A stretch of DNA of 64,000 nt from an uncultured virus (IMG/VR IMGVR_UViG_3300032323_001173) (Duplodnaviria; Heunggongvirae; Uroviricota; Caudoviricetes): the IMG/VR virus record IMGVR_UViG_3300032323_001173; one strand, given 5' to 3'. Position 1 is the first letter of the stretch, and each line of letters begins with the position of its first letter. Positions 48,361 to 57,714 of this stretch are shown here, in pieces. A model generated the notes under the pieces. It did not search any database, was not told the DNA's origin, and saw nothing but the letters and a program-made list of their open reading frames with translations. A program made the translations under genes and the position numbers.

Positions 48361-49793
48361 AGATCTTCTTTGGTGGAGCGGAGAAGGGGACGTATCGCAA
48401 GATGCTCATGGACGCTGGCGTTAAACGCTACGCCATCAACCTGACCCACTTCCCGATCCCCAAGAAGAAAGAACTAGACCTCAGCGTGCTTTACGGGGGC
48501 GGAGAACTCATTGTGTACACATCAGAAAACGATGAGGACACAAATCGCTTTGATCAATTCGTACGAGATCACGCAGATAATATAGATATTGTAATTGGTC
48601 GCCCTGATTACGATGGCGCATGGCTGGGTGAAAAGTACTACCCACTATGGAACGATGAGCAGGATCTAGAGCGCCTAGCGTGGCTGTGTCAGAAGTATGG
48701 TCGGGCGGCGATTAGCGACAAAGCGGTCACAGGACGCAACGTGGGGCGCATTGTATCCATCTCACAACGATGGAGCGCCAAGTTAGTCGGCATTACCTCT
48801 AAACCTGATCTGATTGAGCGTGTCCAATGGGACACTGTTATTGCAGGTTCATGGACAAGCGCTATCCGCTATGGCGAAACACAAGTATGGGATGGTCACG
48901 GGCTACGCCGATACCCAGCACAACAGAAAGAGTCGTCACGCAAAAAGCATCGTGCCGATATCACCCGACTTGGTATTGATTTTGATGCTGTAATGGACGA
49001 CAACGTATCCGCAATCGGTAACCTTGCAATTGTCTCTTGGCAACAATGGGAGACCCACACTTTTGGGGGCTATGACCCTATGAATGACGATGACGAACTA
49101 GAATTCACCGACACCGATAATGGGCAATTAATTGCTATTGACCCCAAAACACATACCCCCACTTTACCCACTTCAGGGGGGTCGCCTATTACTATCAACG
49201 TGCCAAACAAGAGGCACGAAAATGACCGTGTATTACTACCTGTTATGGGTATGGAAACGATCACCTCGTTTGGCTCACAAACCGTTGATAATGAAGGAGA
49301 ATCAATAGAAATTGATCCCGAAAAGGTCAGCGTAATTCGTTACAATGCGAACCCTTTACGACAGTGCAACAATTGCTATTTGAGTAGTCGTTGTCCTTCA
49401 TTTCAAGAAAACACGGAATGCGCATTTAAACTTCCAATTGAGATACGCACAAAGGATCAGTTACAGGCGGCGATGCGTGCCTTGTTAGAGATGCAAGTAG
49501 GGCGTGTGATGTTCGCCCGCTTCGCTGAAGAACTGGAAGGTCAAGGTCTTGACCCAGCCTTGTCTAATGAGATGGATCGTTTGTTTAATCTTATTGACCG
49601 CTTTAAGAACATCTCTGATACTCGTGACACCATTCGTTTGGAGATGGAAGCCCGAGGATCCAGCGGTGTGTTGTCTCGCTTGTTCGGTGCCAAGGCTGGA
49701 GAAACCAATCGCATGCTTGAAGGTGGAGGAATGGGTGCGCAAGCAACCAACGCTATGTACGCAGATGTATTGGATCTATCCGAAGACAATTGA
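48357..49793 (+). CDS. Two-domain protein: degenerate TGT/DpdA-like N-terminus plus Cys4 and helical C-terminus
   Basis: KIFFGG, PLW, SW.S.IRYG.T.VWDG; CNNC...C...C. Confidence 0.5.
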   Translation: MKIFFGGAEKGTYRKMLMDAGVKRYAINLTHFPIPKKKELDLSVLYGGGELIVYTSENDEDTNRFDQFVRDHADNIDIVIGRPDYDGAWLGEKYYPLWNDEQDLERLAWLCQKYGRAAISDKAVTGRNVGRIVSISQRWSAKLVGITSKPDLIERVQWDTVIAGSWTSAIRYGETQVWDGHGLRRYPAQQKESSRKKHRADITRLGIDFDAVMDDNVSAIGNLAIVSWQQWETHTFGGYDPMNDDDELEFTDTDNGQLIAIDPKTHTPTLPTSGGSPITINVPNKRHENDRVLLPVMGMETITSFGSQTVDNEGESIEIDPEKVSVIRYNANPLRQCNNCYLSSRCPSFQENTECAFKLPIEIRTKDQLQAAMRALLEMQVGRVMFARFAEELEGQGLDPALSNEMDRLFNLIDRFKNISDTRDTIRLEMEARGSSGVLSRLFGAKAGETNRMLEGGGMGAQATNAMYADVLDLSEDN

Positions 49794-49845
49794 CACGGCG
49801 TAATTGCACCTCTATAATTCCCGCAACATAATAGCGAGGTGCACC

Positions 49846-50172
49846 ATGACTAGTAATCCCACCAATCGTACAAACATCTTGGCGGAAGCCGATCACCTGA
49901 TTAATGGTGTACGAGACGCCGACTACGGCGACCCAATTGATGACTTTGCCACCACAGGTGACTTGTGGACAACGTACATTCGGCGCATTATTGACCGCCG
50001 TCAAGAGGTACATATCCGACCGCACGATGTTGCCGTCATGATGATGCTTCTCAAGATCGCCCGACTCTCGTGGACACCTGAAAAGCGTGACCACTGGACT
50101 GACGCCATCGGCTACGGAGCCTGCGGATGGGATTGCGAAGTTCAGGAAGAGGGTCTCCATGATGCGCAATAA
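49846..50172 (+). CDS. DUF6378-like all-alpha (nucleotide pyrophosphatase-like) protein
   Basis: IL.EA..LING.R..DYGDP...F...DVA.MM.LLKIAR...D.W.D.IGY. Confidence 0.8.
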   Translation: MTSNPTNRTNILAEADHLINGVRDADYGDPIDDFATTGDLWTTYIRRIIDRRQEVHIRPHDVAVMMMLLKIARLSWTPEKRDHWTDAIGYGACGWDCEVQEEGLHDAQ

Positions 50173-50593
50173 CCACGACTACTACAATGAGTGGATGTCT
50201 AAAAAAGATCCCCGTTACATTTTTAATCCAAGTGAGCCAAACCATTGGACAATGCAACAGGAGTTAGAGCGTGAACGCAAGCGCATGTCATATGCCCTCA
50301 GCATGATCCCACAGGTCGTTAAGCAGATGGAGACACCTTCGTTGGAGGAGTTCTCTGCTCAAACTGAATTGTCCATGGCAGAGATCTTGTTAGACAATTG
50401 GGACAACATTCTTCAACTGGCTGTAGAGAACAAACGTTTGTCAGGTGAAGTTGTGACTCTTCTTGGACAGATTGAAAAGATGAACGAGCAAATAGAGCGA
50501 ATGAGTACAGCAATCTATACCGCCATTGAAAACACCATTCGCCCGCTTCGTGATAAGCGTGTGCACGATGAAAAACCATCGGAAGAGTTCTAA
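50159..50593 (+). CDS. Coiled-coil hypothetical protein
   Basis: Open frame with a heptad pattern. Confidence 0.55.
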   Translation: MMRNNHDYYNEWMSKKDPRYIFNPSEPNHWTMQQELERERKRMSYALSMIPQVVKQMETPSLEEFSAQTELSMAEILLDNWDNILQLAVENKRLSGEVVTLLGQIEKMNEQIERMSTAIYTAIENTIRPLRDKRVHDEKPSEEF

Positions 50594-51010
50594 TTGCCTA
50601 ATCATCAAGATGACTGGCGCATTGATGCTCTCTGCAAAGACCGCCACATTGATCTTTGGTACCCACCACTAGATACTGATGTACCAGAGAATTACTATGT
50701 AATTTCTAGAGCAGTATGTCGTCAATGTCCTGTATGGAAAGAGTGTTTAGACGATGGGCTAGAAGAGAAGTGGGGATTGTGGGGCGGACTCACACCGCAA
50801 GAACGCACAGCGCTTACTGTTGAGCATCCGAAGGCAAGTGTACTTCGTGCACATGGCACGTGGACTCGTTACCGACAAGGTTGCAGGTGTACAGAATGTG
50901 TAGACGCTGAGTCAAAAGAGATTAATCAAATAAACATTCAAGAGATTCCTAAGATGGGTACGCAACTGATTGATTTAGAGATGCTTAAGTTCAGGTTGAT
51001 TCAGCCTTAA
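50594..51010 (+). CDS. whiB: WhiB-family transcriptional regulator with a C-terminal HGT..GCRC..C extension
   Basis: W...ALC...C..CPV...CL...GLWGGLT..ER. Confidence 0.9.
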   Translation: MPNHQDDWRIDALCKDRHIDLWYPPLDTDVPENYYVISRAVCRQCPVWKECLDDGLEEKWGLWGGLTPQERTALTVEHPKASVLRAHGTWTRYRQGCRCTECVDAESKEINQINIQEIPKMGTQLIDLEMLKFRLIQP

Positions 51011-51030
51011 CACCTGTAAACTAGAAGGGT

Positions 51031-51075
51031 AACGCCCATAGAGTTCTTCACAGACTTCTGTGGGCGTTTTGCTTT
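51031..51075 (+). terminator. Terminator-like hairpin
   Basis: AACGCCCATAG/CTGTGGGCGTT stem followed by TTGCTTT. Confidence 0.5.
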
Positions 51076-51099
51076 ATCCGCCTATCAAGGAGAAGAATA

Positions 51100-51597
51100 T
51101 TGTTAGATCGCTCGTTAGTTATCGTTGGACTCGTGTTCACATCAATCACATCGTTGTTGGTGGGACTGGTTCCAAGTAATCAACAGTCCGAAGTAACAAC
51201 AGTTCAGTTAACCCCATTTGTTACAGCAGTAGCACTTGAGGTAGTAAATGCAAAGGAAGTACTGCCTGAACAACAGGCAGTTCCAAAAGGAATACCGAAA
51301 GATAAGACAAAGCGATGCCCACAATGGGAAGCCAAGTTCCGTGAATACGGCTTGCCAGTCGTTGCGTTTTCGTATATCAGTTGGCGTGAGTCACGGTGCT
51401 CGGTTTCAGCACACAACACGACTCTAAACCGCAATAAAACGCATGACCTCGGTCTCGTCCAAGTGAATTCTTCATGGCGGACGGTCACGAGGAACATATG
51501 CGGAACCGACATCACAGGATTATTCAATGTGGACTGCAACTTGTCCGTAGCAAAGTATCTCTACGATAACGGCGGACTGCGACACTGGAGCCTGTAG
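51100..51597 (+). CDS. Lytic transglycosylase (SLT/lysozyme-like) with an N-terminal TM/signal
   Basis: RESRC catalytic Glu, DLGLVQVN, N...AKYLY...G..HW. Confidence 0.8.
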   Translation: MLDRSLVIVGLVFTSITSLLVGLVPSNQQSEVTTVQLTPFVTAVALEVVNAKEVLPEQQAVPKGIPKDKTKRCPQWEAKFREYGLPVVAFSYISWRESRCSVSAHNTTLNRNKTHDLGLVQVNSSWRTVTRNICGTDITGLFNVDCNLSVAKYLYDNGGLRHWSL

Positions 51598-51629
51598 CAA
51601 CAACGTACACAACACAGTAGGATGTAAAC

Positions 51630-51839
51630 ATGACAAACGAACTACAACCCGAACACTTAGCAGGCACTAGCGAGATCGCTGTAATCCTTGGAGTAACCAA
51701 ACAGCGCATCCATGCACTGCGTAAGCAGAAGAAGTTTCCACAACCAATCGCACACTTGGCATCCACACCTATTTGGGATAAGCGTGATATCCAAGCATTC
51801 CTGGCTGAATGGCGTCCATGGAAGGTGGCACAACAATGA
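51630..51839 (+). CDS. AlpA/excisionase-like HTH protein
   Basis: EIA.ILGVTKQRI...FPQP...W; TAGGAT 6 nt upstream (leaderless). Confidence 0.8.
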   Translation: MTNELQPEHLAGTSEIAVILGVTKQRIHALRKQKKFPQPIAHLASTPIWDKRDIQAFLAEWRPWKVAQQ

Positions 51840-51973
51840 GCGAGAAACGTCACTACGAATGCCCGCAGTGCGGGAAAGTGCTTACCGTTTATGTAAAGCC
51901 CTCGGTGCCACCAACGTGCACTAACCCCGATAGACACACCAGCCTCACCGTTGAAATGGTGGAGAAGAAATGA
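51836..51973 (+). CDS. Small Zn-ribbon protein (45 aa, absent from the ORF track)
   Basis: YECPQCG...PTC....H; ATGA overlaps at both ends. Confidence 0.55.
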   Translation: MSEKRHYECPQCGKVLTVYVKPSVPPTCTNPDRHTSLTVEMVEKK

Positions 51974-53043
51974 GGATTGGGATCGTCAGTGGTGATTACC
52001 TTCCTGCACAGAGAGCCTCTGATGGTGTGCACCATTGGGGTGGCTCGGGCTGGGCACGACTTGGTCAATACACAGAATGGTTGGAGCATTTGGGTAAAGA
52101 AGTAGTTGTAGGAACATTGACATGGAAGGAAGATCGTTTCCTTGTTCGTGACCAACACGAAGAACTACAAGAAGTTCACATGGTCATCATGCAACGCCTT
52201 ATGCACGAAACACTTGCCGAACACATCAACAAGGCTCGTTCCATTGGTCAGGTTGTTGTGAATGACCTAGACGATTGGTACTGGGGTCTTGACCCAGCCA
52301 ATGATGCGTTTTTGTCTTCGCACCCAAAGACCAACCCGAAAGAGAACCGAGATCATTACAAGAAGGTGCTCGCATCAAGCAATGTGGTCACTGTATCCAC
52401 GCAGTACCTTGCTGATCGGATCAAGTCGTTCGTGCATTGCCCTATTATCGTGCTGGAGAACACTGTAGACATCGCACGGTTTACTCCGCATACACACACT
52501 GATAGTTCTATTCCTGTAGTTGGTTGGGTGGGAGCCACGAGCCATCGCTCTAGTGACTTAGAGATCATGAAGGGAATCGTCAACCCTTTACTTGCTAATA
52601 ATGAGATTAAGTTTCAGCACAGTGGGCATTACCCAACGTCAGCGTCAGTAGCCAGCAAACTTGGCTTGCATGATGATCAGGTCACCGTGTTAAATGCGGT
52701 GGACGCCAAAGACTACCCATCACTGTTGACCATGGACGTGGGCATCGCACCATTGCGTGACACGCCATTCAATCATGCCAAGAGCGACATCAAGTTGCTG
52801 GAGTACTCAGCCTCAGGCATTCCATGGGTCGGTTCTGCGCTGTCTTCGTATGAGGGGTTGCGTAAGAATTGGGGGATTGGTCGCACTGCGAGTAAACCAT
52901 CGCAGTGGCTCAAGCATCTGAGGGATCTTCGGGATCCAGTCAGGCGAGCAGACGAGGGAGAGGCTTTGAGAGAAGCAGTGCGCTCACGAGACATCAGCCT
53001 CGGAGCACACCGCCTCAACTCACTTATTGAAGATCTTACGTAA
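51970..53043 (+). CDS. GT-B glycosyltransferase
   Basis: DLDD, VTVST..LA, VGWVG..SH, D.GIAPL...FN.AKS.IK.LEYSA.GIP. Confidence 0.85.
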   Translation: MRIGIVSGDYLPAQRASDGVHHWGGSGWARLGQYTEWLEHLGKEVVVGTLTWKEDRFLVRDQHEELQEVHMVIMQRLMHETLAEHINKARSIGQVVVNDLDDWYWGLDPANDAFLSSHPKTNPKENRDHYKKVLASSNVVTVSTQYLADRIKSFVHCPIIVLENTVDIARFTPHTHTDSSIPVVGWVGATSHRSSDLEIMKGIVNPLLANNEIKFQHSGHYPTSASVASKLGLHDDQVTVLNAVDAKDYPSLLTMDVGIAPLRDTPFNHAKSDIKLLEYSASGIPWVGSALSSYEGLRKNWGIGRTASKPSQWLKHLRDLRDPVRRADEGEALREAVRSRDISLGAHRLNSLIEDLT

Positions 53044-53385
53044 ACTAATACGTTCAACCTTGTCCAGCGACTGCATATCCTTGCCACCCCACACGCCCCA
53101 GCGAATGTCGTTCTTGACGGCAAAGCGTAGGCATTGGAATGACACGGGACAGCCTTTGCATATTGCAACGGCTTCCAGTCGCTTCTTTCTTATTTCTTTT
53201 GTGTAACCCGCTTCACCAGTAGCAAAGAAGGTAGTCACGTCTTCGTGACGACATGCTGAATGCGCACGCCATGTACCAACTTCAGGGAATGGCAACGGAT
53301 CCATGATGTCTTTGTTGACAAGTAAACTCCGATGTAGCGGGGGATTTGACTCCCCCGCATCATCGTAGTAATCCCAACGGTTCAT
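53020..53385 (-). CDS. whiB: Second WhiB-family regulator
   Basis: W...SAC...FF...A..ICKGCPV..QCL...GVWGG. Confidence 0.88.
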   Translation of the reverse strand: MNRWDYYDDAGESNPPLHRSLLVNKDIMDPLPFPEVGTWRAHSACRHEDVTTFFATGEAGYTKEIRKKRLEAVAICKGCPVSFQCLRFAVKNDIRWGVWGGKDMQSLDKVERISLRKIFNK

Positions 53386-54407
53386 GCAAAGACAACGTCA
53401 TTCATGATGCGCAAGACCTGACGGTCAAACTCATCGGTCTTGCCGTTGATTGCATTGAATGCATTGCGCTCCACACGTGAGTCGTCTTTGCCACTGAAGT
53501 GCTGGCTCCACGTGTTGAATGCTTGCAACACGCCGAGACCCGTTCCTGCCCATGGCTCAACTCGTGGGTCGTGCTTGTAGAGGTGACGGATCAACTCTTG
53601 CTTGTTCTGAGCACGGCTGATCGCTTGTGGGCGAGCGTCCAACTCAAGACTCACTGGAACCAAGCGCTCCACAATGGCGTCCCATTCGGACTGAGCAACC
53701 GTGATTGATGCCAAGCGCTCAATCTCTGCGCTTGCTTCATCTGCCATGGCATGGATGATGCCAAGAGCGTCACGAATGTCTTGAATGCGTCCATTGCTGA
53801 ATTTGCTGTGACGGATCTTGAACTCTGATCCCTGTTCACCGAGCGCTCCAGCAAGCGTGTTGTCACAGACCACCGCAGTGACCACTCGTTTGAAGGTGGT
53901 TGCAATGGTGCCGTTGTGGCTCGTGGTGCCGAGCAAGTGTGGACGGATGTCAAAGCCTGCTTTGGTCTGAACTGTTTCAGGCATTTCAATGCTGACCCAA
54001 GCCACACCACCGTTGCGGAGCAAGCCCGCAGAACCGATCTGCAAGTTGCTGTCATCAATGATGTTGCTGATGGTGCCGATCAACCACTGGTCGTACTGGT
54101 GAATCTGATATGAGTCCTTGAACATTCCGAGGGTGTCGTAGGTGTCGTTGCGCACGATCGCCTTGCGGTCGGTCTGTTCAATGTAACGATTGACTCCAGC
54201 GTTGTCAGGCACTTGCACGAACACTGGCGCTTCAACGGCTTGCCAGTTGAACAAGCGACGACGAACATCTTCAACAGGGATCGCCTGCTCGTAATGGTTC
54301 GGTTCGGTTCCCTGATCGGTTGATTTGTAGTGCCATGCGTTCCCACGCTTGGTTGTAAAGCCCACCAGAACGTTCTGGTTGAGCCACTGACTGGTTTCTC
54401 TTGACAT
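53382..54407 (-). CDS. DUF932 / phage-plasmid LGT protein
   Basis: AWH, AG.L..G...W, TSHNG, VVCDNTL and IRH motifs. Confidence 0.85.
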   Translation of the reverse strand: MSRETSQWLNQNVLVGFTTKRGNAWHYKSTDQGTEPNHYEQAIPVEDVRRRLFNWQAVEAPVFVQVPDNAGVNRYIEQTDRKAIVRNDTYDTLGMFKDSYQIHQYDQWLIGTISNIIDDSNLQIGSAGLLRNGGVAWVSIEMPETVQTKAGFDIRPHLLGTTSHNGTIATTFKRVVTAVVCDNTLAGALGEQGSEFKIRHSKFSNGRIQDIRDALGIIHAMADEASAEIERLASITVAQSEWDAIVERLVPVSLELDARPQAISRAQNKQELIRHLYKHDPRVEPWAGTGLGVLQAFNTWSQHFSGKDDSRVERNAFNAINGKTDEFDRQVLRIMNDVVFA

Positions 54408-54461
54408 GATTTTCTCCTTGTTAGTTGATTTGATTATTTGGTGTGTTGTACCACGGCAATA

Positions 54462-54490
54462 AAATTATCACCGTGGTACGGGAATTGCAA
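54462..54490 (-). promoter_or_regulatory. Housekeeping-sigma promoter overlapped by an inverted repeat
   Basis: Minus strand TTGCAA-17 nt-TAATTT with extended TG; GTACCACGG/CCGTGGTAC at 54448-54479. Confidence 0.55.
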
Positions 54491-54499
54491 CTTCTGTTC

Positions 54500-54784
54500 T
54501 TACTTTGTGGGAAGGTCAATGACCTGCCCGTTTTGAATGGTTGACCCGTAGGTCTCTACTAGGTCATTGACGGCGGACTCTATGTTGCCTGAGCAGTTGC
54601 TCTGAGCAATCTCCCACAGGGTCTCCCCGTATGACACGGTGTGCTGTCTCGTGTTGCAGACATACGAGTCCATGCGTTGTGCAAAGTCTCGGAACAGGAA
54701 CAACACGAACGCTGTTACGAGCACCGCAAGGTACCCGTAGAACGCCCATGTAATCCTGCGGTTGATTTTTGTGTAGTCCTTCAT
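54500..54784 (-). CDS. TM-LysM protein (YneA/ChiZ-like architecture)
   Basis: N-terminal TM; HTVSYGETLWEIA...IQNGQVIDLP. Confidence 0.75.
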   Translation of the reverse strand: MKDYTKINRRITWAFYGYLAVLVTAFVLFLFRDFAQRMDSYVCNTRQHTVSYGETLWEIAQSNCSGNIESAVNDLVETYGSTIQNGQVIDLPTK

Positions 54785-54936
54785 TGCTCTACCTCCGTAA
54801 TCTCTACGATTTCTATGAATGACCCCAGCGTCAACAGCGCCTCAACGAGACGAATTGCATCGGGAGCATTGGTTGGTTCATCCAAGTCAGAGCGCTTGCG
54901 CACTGTGACCTGAAGTGTGAATTCGGGCGTACTCAT
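54781..54936 (-). CDS. Hypothetical protein
   Basis: ATGA overlaps at both ends. Confidence 0.55.
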   Translation of the reverse strand: MSTPEFTLQVTVRKRSDLDEPTNAPDAIRLVEALLTLGSFIEIVEITEVEQ

Positions 54937-55490
54937 GACAGAGCATTCTTGAGTAAGAAGTAATCTCCACCTTGCTCCATCCATTCCACGAGCCTGTTTG
55001 GCTCAGGAGTGAGCACCGAGATACCCATGCTGAATACATTGCTCGTAGGGTCAGCCACGATTGCAATTGGCATGTCGTATTCAATTTCACCTGTCAGCAA
55101 GCGCTCCGCCCATTGATTGAAGATCGCTTTACGATCAGCGATTGGGTCACCCCAACCACCAGTTGTCCAGCCATTCATGATGTCTGTCCAGCCTTCAATG
55201 GTCGTCTCGTAGTGCCCACTCCATCCACCAGTGTGGATGTACTCACGATTGATTGTGACGTTGGTGTTGTACATGTCATCACCAAACTCGTCCATGCGGA
55301 TGTGATCTCCGATGTAGTACTTGCGCACTACACCATCGGTCACCAACTGCACGGTTGAAGCGTGGTTCTGATCAGACTCGTAGCAACCCCAGCAGAGGTA
55401 ATCCTCTTTGGTGGTGCTCCATCCGAAGTCGCCCTCGGTGTCCACAATCTCTTCACACTCACAGCATTTGTTTACTGTTTCTTCGCTCAT
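54933..55490 (-). CDS. Hypothetical protein with an N-terminal Zn finger
   Basis: CCEC...CWGC. Confidence 0.65.
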   Translation of the reverse strand: MSEETVNKCCECEEIVDTEGDFGWSTTKEDYLCWGCYESDQNHASTVQLVTDGVVRKYYIGDHIRMDEFGDDMYNTNVTINREYIHTGGWSGHYETTIEGWTDIMNGWTTGGWGDPIADRKAIFNQWAERLLTGEIEYDMPIAIVADPTSNVFSMGISVLTPEPNRLVEWMEQGGDYFLLKNALS

Positions 55491-55786
55491 TAGAAGCCCC
55501 ATTCCTCTTCGCTCACGTCAATGAATGACTCAAGGTGGTGTGCGTCTACCACTGCCCACGCTGGAGCAACTGGCTGACCTCGCCACAGGATCCCATCGGG
55601 GAGCGAGACATTGGTGTCGTGCTCACCTTCGGTGACCAATTGAATTGCGACCACACATGGATCAACCATGTTGAGTGGTATCGCTGGGTAGTGATTGCTT
55701 TGCAGGTGCCATGCGAGCGCCTGACGCAGTTCAATCATTCCGTCTTCCACGGCTTCCGCCATGCCTAGTGCATTGATGCTTCCCAT
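55490..55786 (-). CDS. Hypothetical protein
   Basis: SD AAGGAG; WHLQSNHYP...HHLESF. Confidence 0.65.
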   Translation of the reverse strand: MGSINALGMAEAVEDGMIELRQALAWHLQSNHYPAIPLNMVDPCVVAIQLVTEGEHDTNVSLPDGILWRGQPVAPAWAVVDAHHLESFIDVSEEEWGF

Positions 55787-55920
55787 TACTTTGCTCTCCT
55801 TTTGTTTTTGAATGTGTCTACTGCTACTGCGATTAGAAGACCGTAAGCGATCCCCAATCCGAAATACATGAAGCACTCATAAGCGTGCTGACTGATGTGA
55901 ATGGTGTAACCGTTATTCAT
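55786..55920 (-). CDS. Small membrane protein (44 aa, absent from the ORF track)
   Basis: SD AAGGAGG; MNNGY...one TM; TAATG coupling. Confidence 0.5.
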   Translation of the reverse strand: MNNGYTIHISQHAYECFMYFGLGIAYGLLIAVAVDTFKNKRRAK

Positions 55921-55929
55921 GTGCCCTCC

Positions 55930-56136
55930 TTAAAGGCTCTTTGTTTGAATGTTGTTTGCTCTTCTGTACTCATCGTTGACCATCGTGTAGAACCCTTTGA
56001 GTTCTGCCACGGTGGCTTCACTGCTATCTATCTCGTTGTACAGCCCTTCTTCAAGGGCGTACTTGTCCATCTGTTCGGCTTCCATCTCTGTGACTCCGAG
56101 AAGCATGACGATCTGTGTGACCCAGCCCTTACTCAT
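55930..56136 (-). CDS. Hypothetical protein
   Basis: ATGA overlap; acidic. Confidence 0.55.
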   Translation of the reverse strand: MSKGWVTQIVMLLGVTEMEAEQMDKYALEEGLYNEIDSSEATVAELKGFYTMVNDEYRRANNIQTKSL

Positions 56137-56378
56137 ACTGCGTCTCCCATCCATACACGATCTTCATCGTCACGGCATACGGTGACGCCGTCCAGTGTCT
56201 GCACTTCCTCCACAACCCAGTCAAGTGTTGCTTGACCTGATTGCAATTGATCAATCAATGCCGTGACCACAGCGTTGTAACTGAGGTCGCCCTCGTACAG
56301 TGCCAATGGGTCGTGCGCATTGACTTCTTCTAAGTACACGCCCGTCTGTAGCGAGAGCGTGACATTCCACTTCTTCAT
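56133..56378 (-). CDS. Hypothetical protein
   Basis: SD GAGGAGG. Confidence 0.65.
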   Translation of the reverse strand: MKKWNVTLSLQTGVYLEEVNAHDPLALYEGDLSYNAVVTALIDQLQSGQATLDWVVEEVQTLDGVTVCRDDEDRVWMGDAV

Positions 56379-56414
56379 GATGACCTCCTCAGATCATTGT
56401 TACTTATGGGTGTT

Positions 56415-56501
56415 GCGGGGTTGCTTCACCCCGTGAACACTCCCCAAGGCGGATCAAGGGGAGTGCTCACGGGATGACACCGACATGATCGGTGCCACCG
56501 C
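56415..56501 (-). ncRNA. Intergenic multi-helix RNA element, family B (divergent copy)
   Basis: TGGCACCGA/TCGGTGTCA hairpin followed directly by a long CCCGTGAGCACTCCCC/GGGGAGTGTTCACGGG hairpin. Confidence 0.5.
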
Positions 56502-56514
56502 TCGTGTGAGCCTC

Positions 56515-56766
56515 TCAGGACTCAATTAACGAATCTTCAATCCAATCTAGATCAATGTTGTACAGGTACACAACATGACCCTCGGGAGCGTAGAACTTGA
56601 TGTAGGCGCCCGAGTCGTCATCTTCAAACTGCTCATTGACACTGCCGATGTACTTCATCTTGGACAGTTGCTCCTGCCCGTAGTACTCGTTGGTGTTGAC
56701 GGAGGGGATCAAGAGATCCGCCTCCACCAAGTCCCTGCGGACTACTGGGTAACCACCGAGGATCAC
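56515..56766 (-). CDS. Hypothetical protein
   Basis: GTGA overlap; acidic. Confidence 0.55.
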   Translation of the reverse strand: MILGGYPVVRRDLVEADLLIPSVNTNEYYGQEQLSKMKYIGSVNEQFEDDDSGAYIKFYAPEGHVVYLYNIDLDWIEDSLIES

Positions 56767-56975
56767 GAGAACACGTCCACTTCAAGGATCTTGTTGAGCG
56801 GGATGTCAATCTCACGCTCGTTCTCGTAGGTGTCGTGTGGGCTGTCTGTAGTCCACAATGTCAACTCGGTGTCGCTGATTCGTGAAACGAGTCCTGTGTA
56901 CTCAAATGTCTCCCTCGGAGATATTTGCACGAGCAGTTCTACTTCATCGTCTACTTGCACATTGATGGTTTTCAT
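56763..56975 (-). CDS. Small beta-barrel (SH3/Sm-like) hypothetical protein
   Basis: SD GGAGG; YTGLVSRI...L.L...IDIPL..I.EV. Confidence 0.6.
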   Translation of the reverse strand: MKTINVQVDDEVELLVQISPRETFEYTGLVSRISDTELTLWTTDSPHDTYENEREIDIPLNKILEVDVFS

Positions 56976-57331
56976 TTGTTGCCTCCTTCAAGGTCTAACA
57001 CTGTTTGGTAATAATCTTCATTGCTCATTACTTGCACTTCGTACTTGGTGTTGAAGTCCCCAGTCCATGGGTACTCAGTCACGAAGTAACCGATGCGATT
57101 CACTAGATGACGTCCAGCGAGGATGTATGTGCCTTCCTGCCCGTCCACGTATGTCCACGTGGTGTAGAGCGGTTGCTTGTACACATACTCAACCTCAGCA
57201 CCGTACGTTTCAAACATGATGCCGTTGCCGTCTTCATCTGCCCACGATGCGTCTGCATCTAGGTGATTGACGATGGGCTTGTACTTCTCCTCCCATTCCT
57301 CAACTGACATCTTGATTACTGGCTGTAACAT
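56972..57331 (-). CDS. Conserved phage hypothetical protein
   Basis: SD GAGGAGG; FETYG.E...WT.VDG...G.H.VNRIGYFVTE.PW. Confidence 0.7.
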   Translation of the reverse strand: MLQPVIKMSVEEWEEKYKPIVNHLDADASWADEDGNGIMFETYGAEVEYVYKQPLYTTWTYVDGQEGTYILAGRHLVNRIGYFVTEYPWTGDFNTKYEVQVMSNEDYYQTVLDLEGGNK

Positions 57332-57366
57332 GCGACCTCCTCAGGTCTATAGGGATTAACTAAGTT

Positions 57367-57451
57367 ATCGGGTACTGCGTACCCTCACAACACACAAACA
57401 GAATTTATGTGCTGTGAGAGCACCACGAGCCGTAGCCCGTGATGCCCCGAT
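57367..57451 (-). ncRNA. Intergenic four-way RNA element, family B
   Basis: ATCGG/CCGAT closing stem; GCATCACGGGC-TACG-GCTCGTGGTGC; long hairpin; GTAC-GCA-GTAC. Confidence 0.65.
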
Positions 57452-57714
57452 CAGGCGACATCCTCCCACCATGTCTGTGGCATGTAGAAGTATGCGCCCT
57501 CATGCCAGCCGAATGAGTGGTTGTCAGTAGCGACATTCTCATTCAGCCAATCGGTGGCTACCTGCTCTTGGTACCACGAGTCCTCAATGTCGGTGGGCTG
57601 GCGCCCATCCCAACCAAGTTCTCGTGCGATCCTGCACGCTTCCATGGCGCTGTAGACGCCGTGGTGGTCGTCAACTACCAACCTTGCTCCGTAACCCATT
57701 GTCGCCTTGCTCAT
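57451..57714 (-). CDS. Hypothetical protein
   Basis: SD GGAGG; ATGA overlap. Confidence 0.65.
   Translation of the reverse strand: MSKATMGYGARLVVDDHHGVYSAMEACRIARELGWDGRQPTDIEDSWYQEQVATDWLNENVATDNHSFGWHEGAYFYMPQTWWEDVA

Noticed and set aside
51630..51839. Excisionase implying a prophage/integration module
   Set aside because: No integrase, att site or host genes in the window; AlpA-like HTH proteins are common in lytic phages
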